DNA from: Bugula neritina | Taxonomy: Eukaryota; Animalia; Bryozoa | NCBI GenBank assembly: GCA_964035545.1 | Contig: OZ037765.1 | Coordinates: forward strand, 744,001-808,000 | Length of the DNA: 64,000 nucleotides | Direction: 5' to 3' | In this document: one piece after another, positions 63,974-64,000 of the stretch | Position numbering within the stretch: the stretch's first letter is position 1 | How the letters are laid out: every line of letters begins with the position of its first letter | Notes under the pieces: generated by a model | Told to the model about the DNA's origin: nothing | The model's database searches: none | The model's input: only the letters and a program-made list of their open reading frames with translations | Program-made: the position numbers and the translations under genes

Positions 63974-64000
63974 AGTGTGTGAGTGCGTTTGTGTGTGTGT
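63783..64000. repeat. (TG)n-rich compound microsatellite
   Basis: Direct reading. Confidence 0.95.

Overview
AT-rich, intron-dense invertebrate (metazoan) genomic DNA. Spliced host genes in order: a short-chain collagen C4-like gene with partial tandem copies (+), a GPI-type Ly6/uPAR protein (-), PUF60 (+), USP30 (-), TLCD5/TMEM136 (-), NUP85 (-, with a 5'-truncated LINE in intron 1), a PLAT-lipoxygenase (+), and a GPI-type Ig-like protein with a microexon-built stalk (-). A tRNA-Thr-derived SINE lies near the end. The lipoxygenase carries a complete, very young 7.8-kb Ty3/Gypsy element (47834-55623) with apparently identical 349-bp LTRs, a TTCT target duplication, a tRNA-Leu PBS and a U_UUA_AAC -1 frameshift. 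Two things stand out. (1) In the env position the element encodes a transcription-factor-like protein (acidic region, two zinc fingers, C-terminal coiled coil), and its LTR holds six regularly spaced CCGA-N3-TCGG palindromes just upstream of the TATA box; the motif recurs next to and inside that ORF. This is a candidate self-encoded transactivator/operator circuit. (2) Many intronic tandem repeats are amplified copies of the intron's own splice junction, up to about 40 decoy acceptors in PUF60, always extending into the intron. Gene models were read by eye, so exon edges may be off by a few bases.
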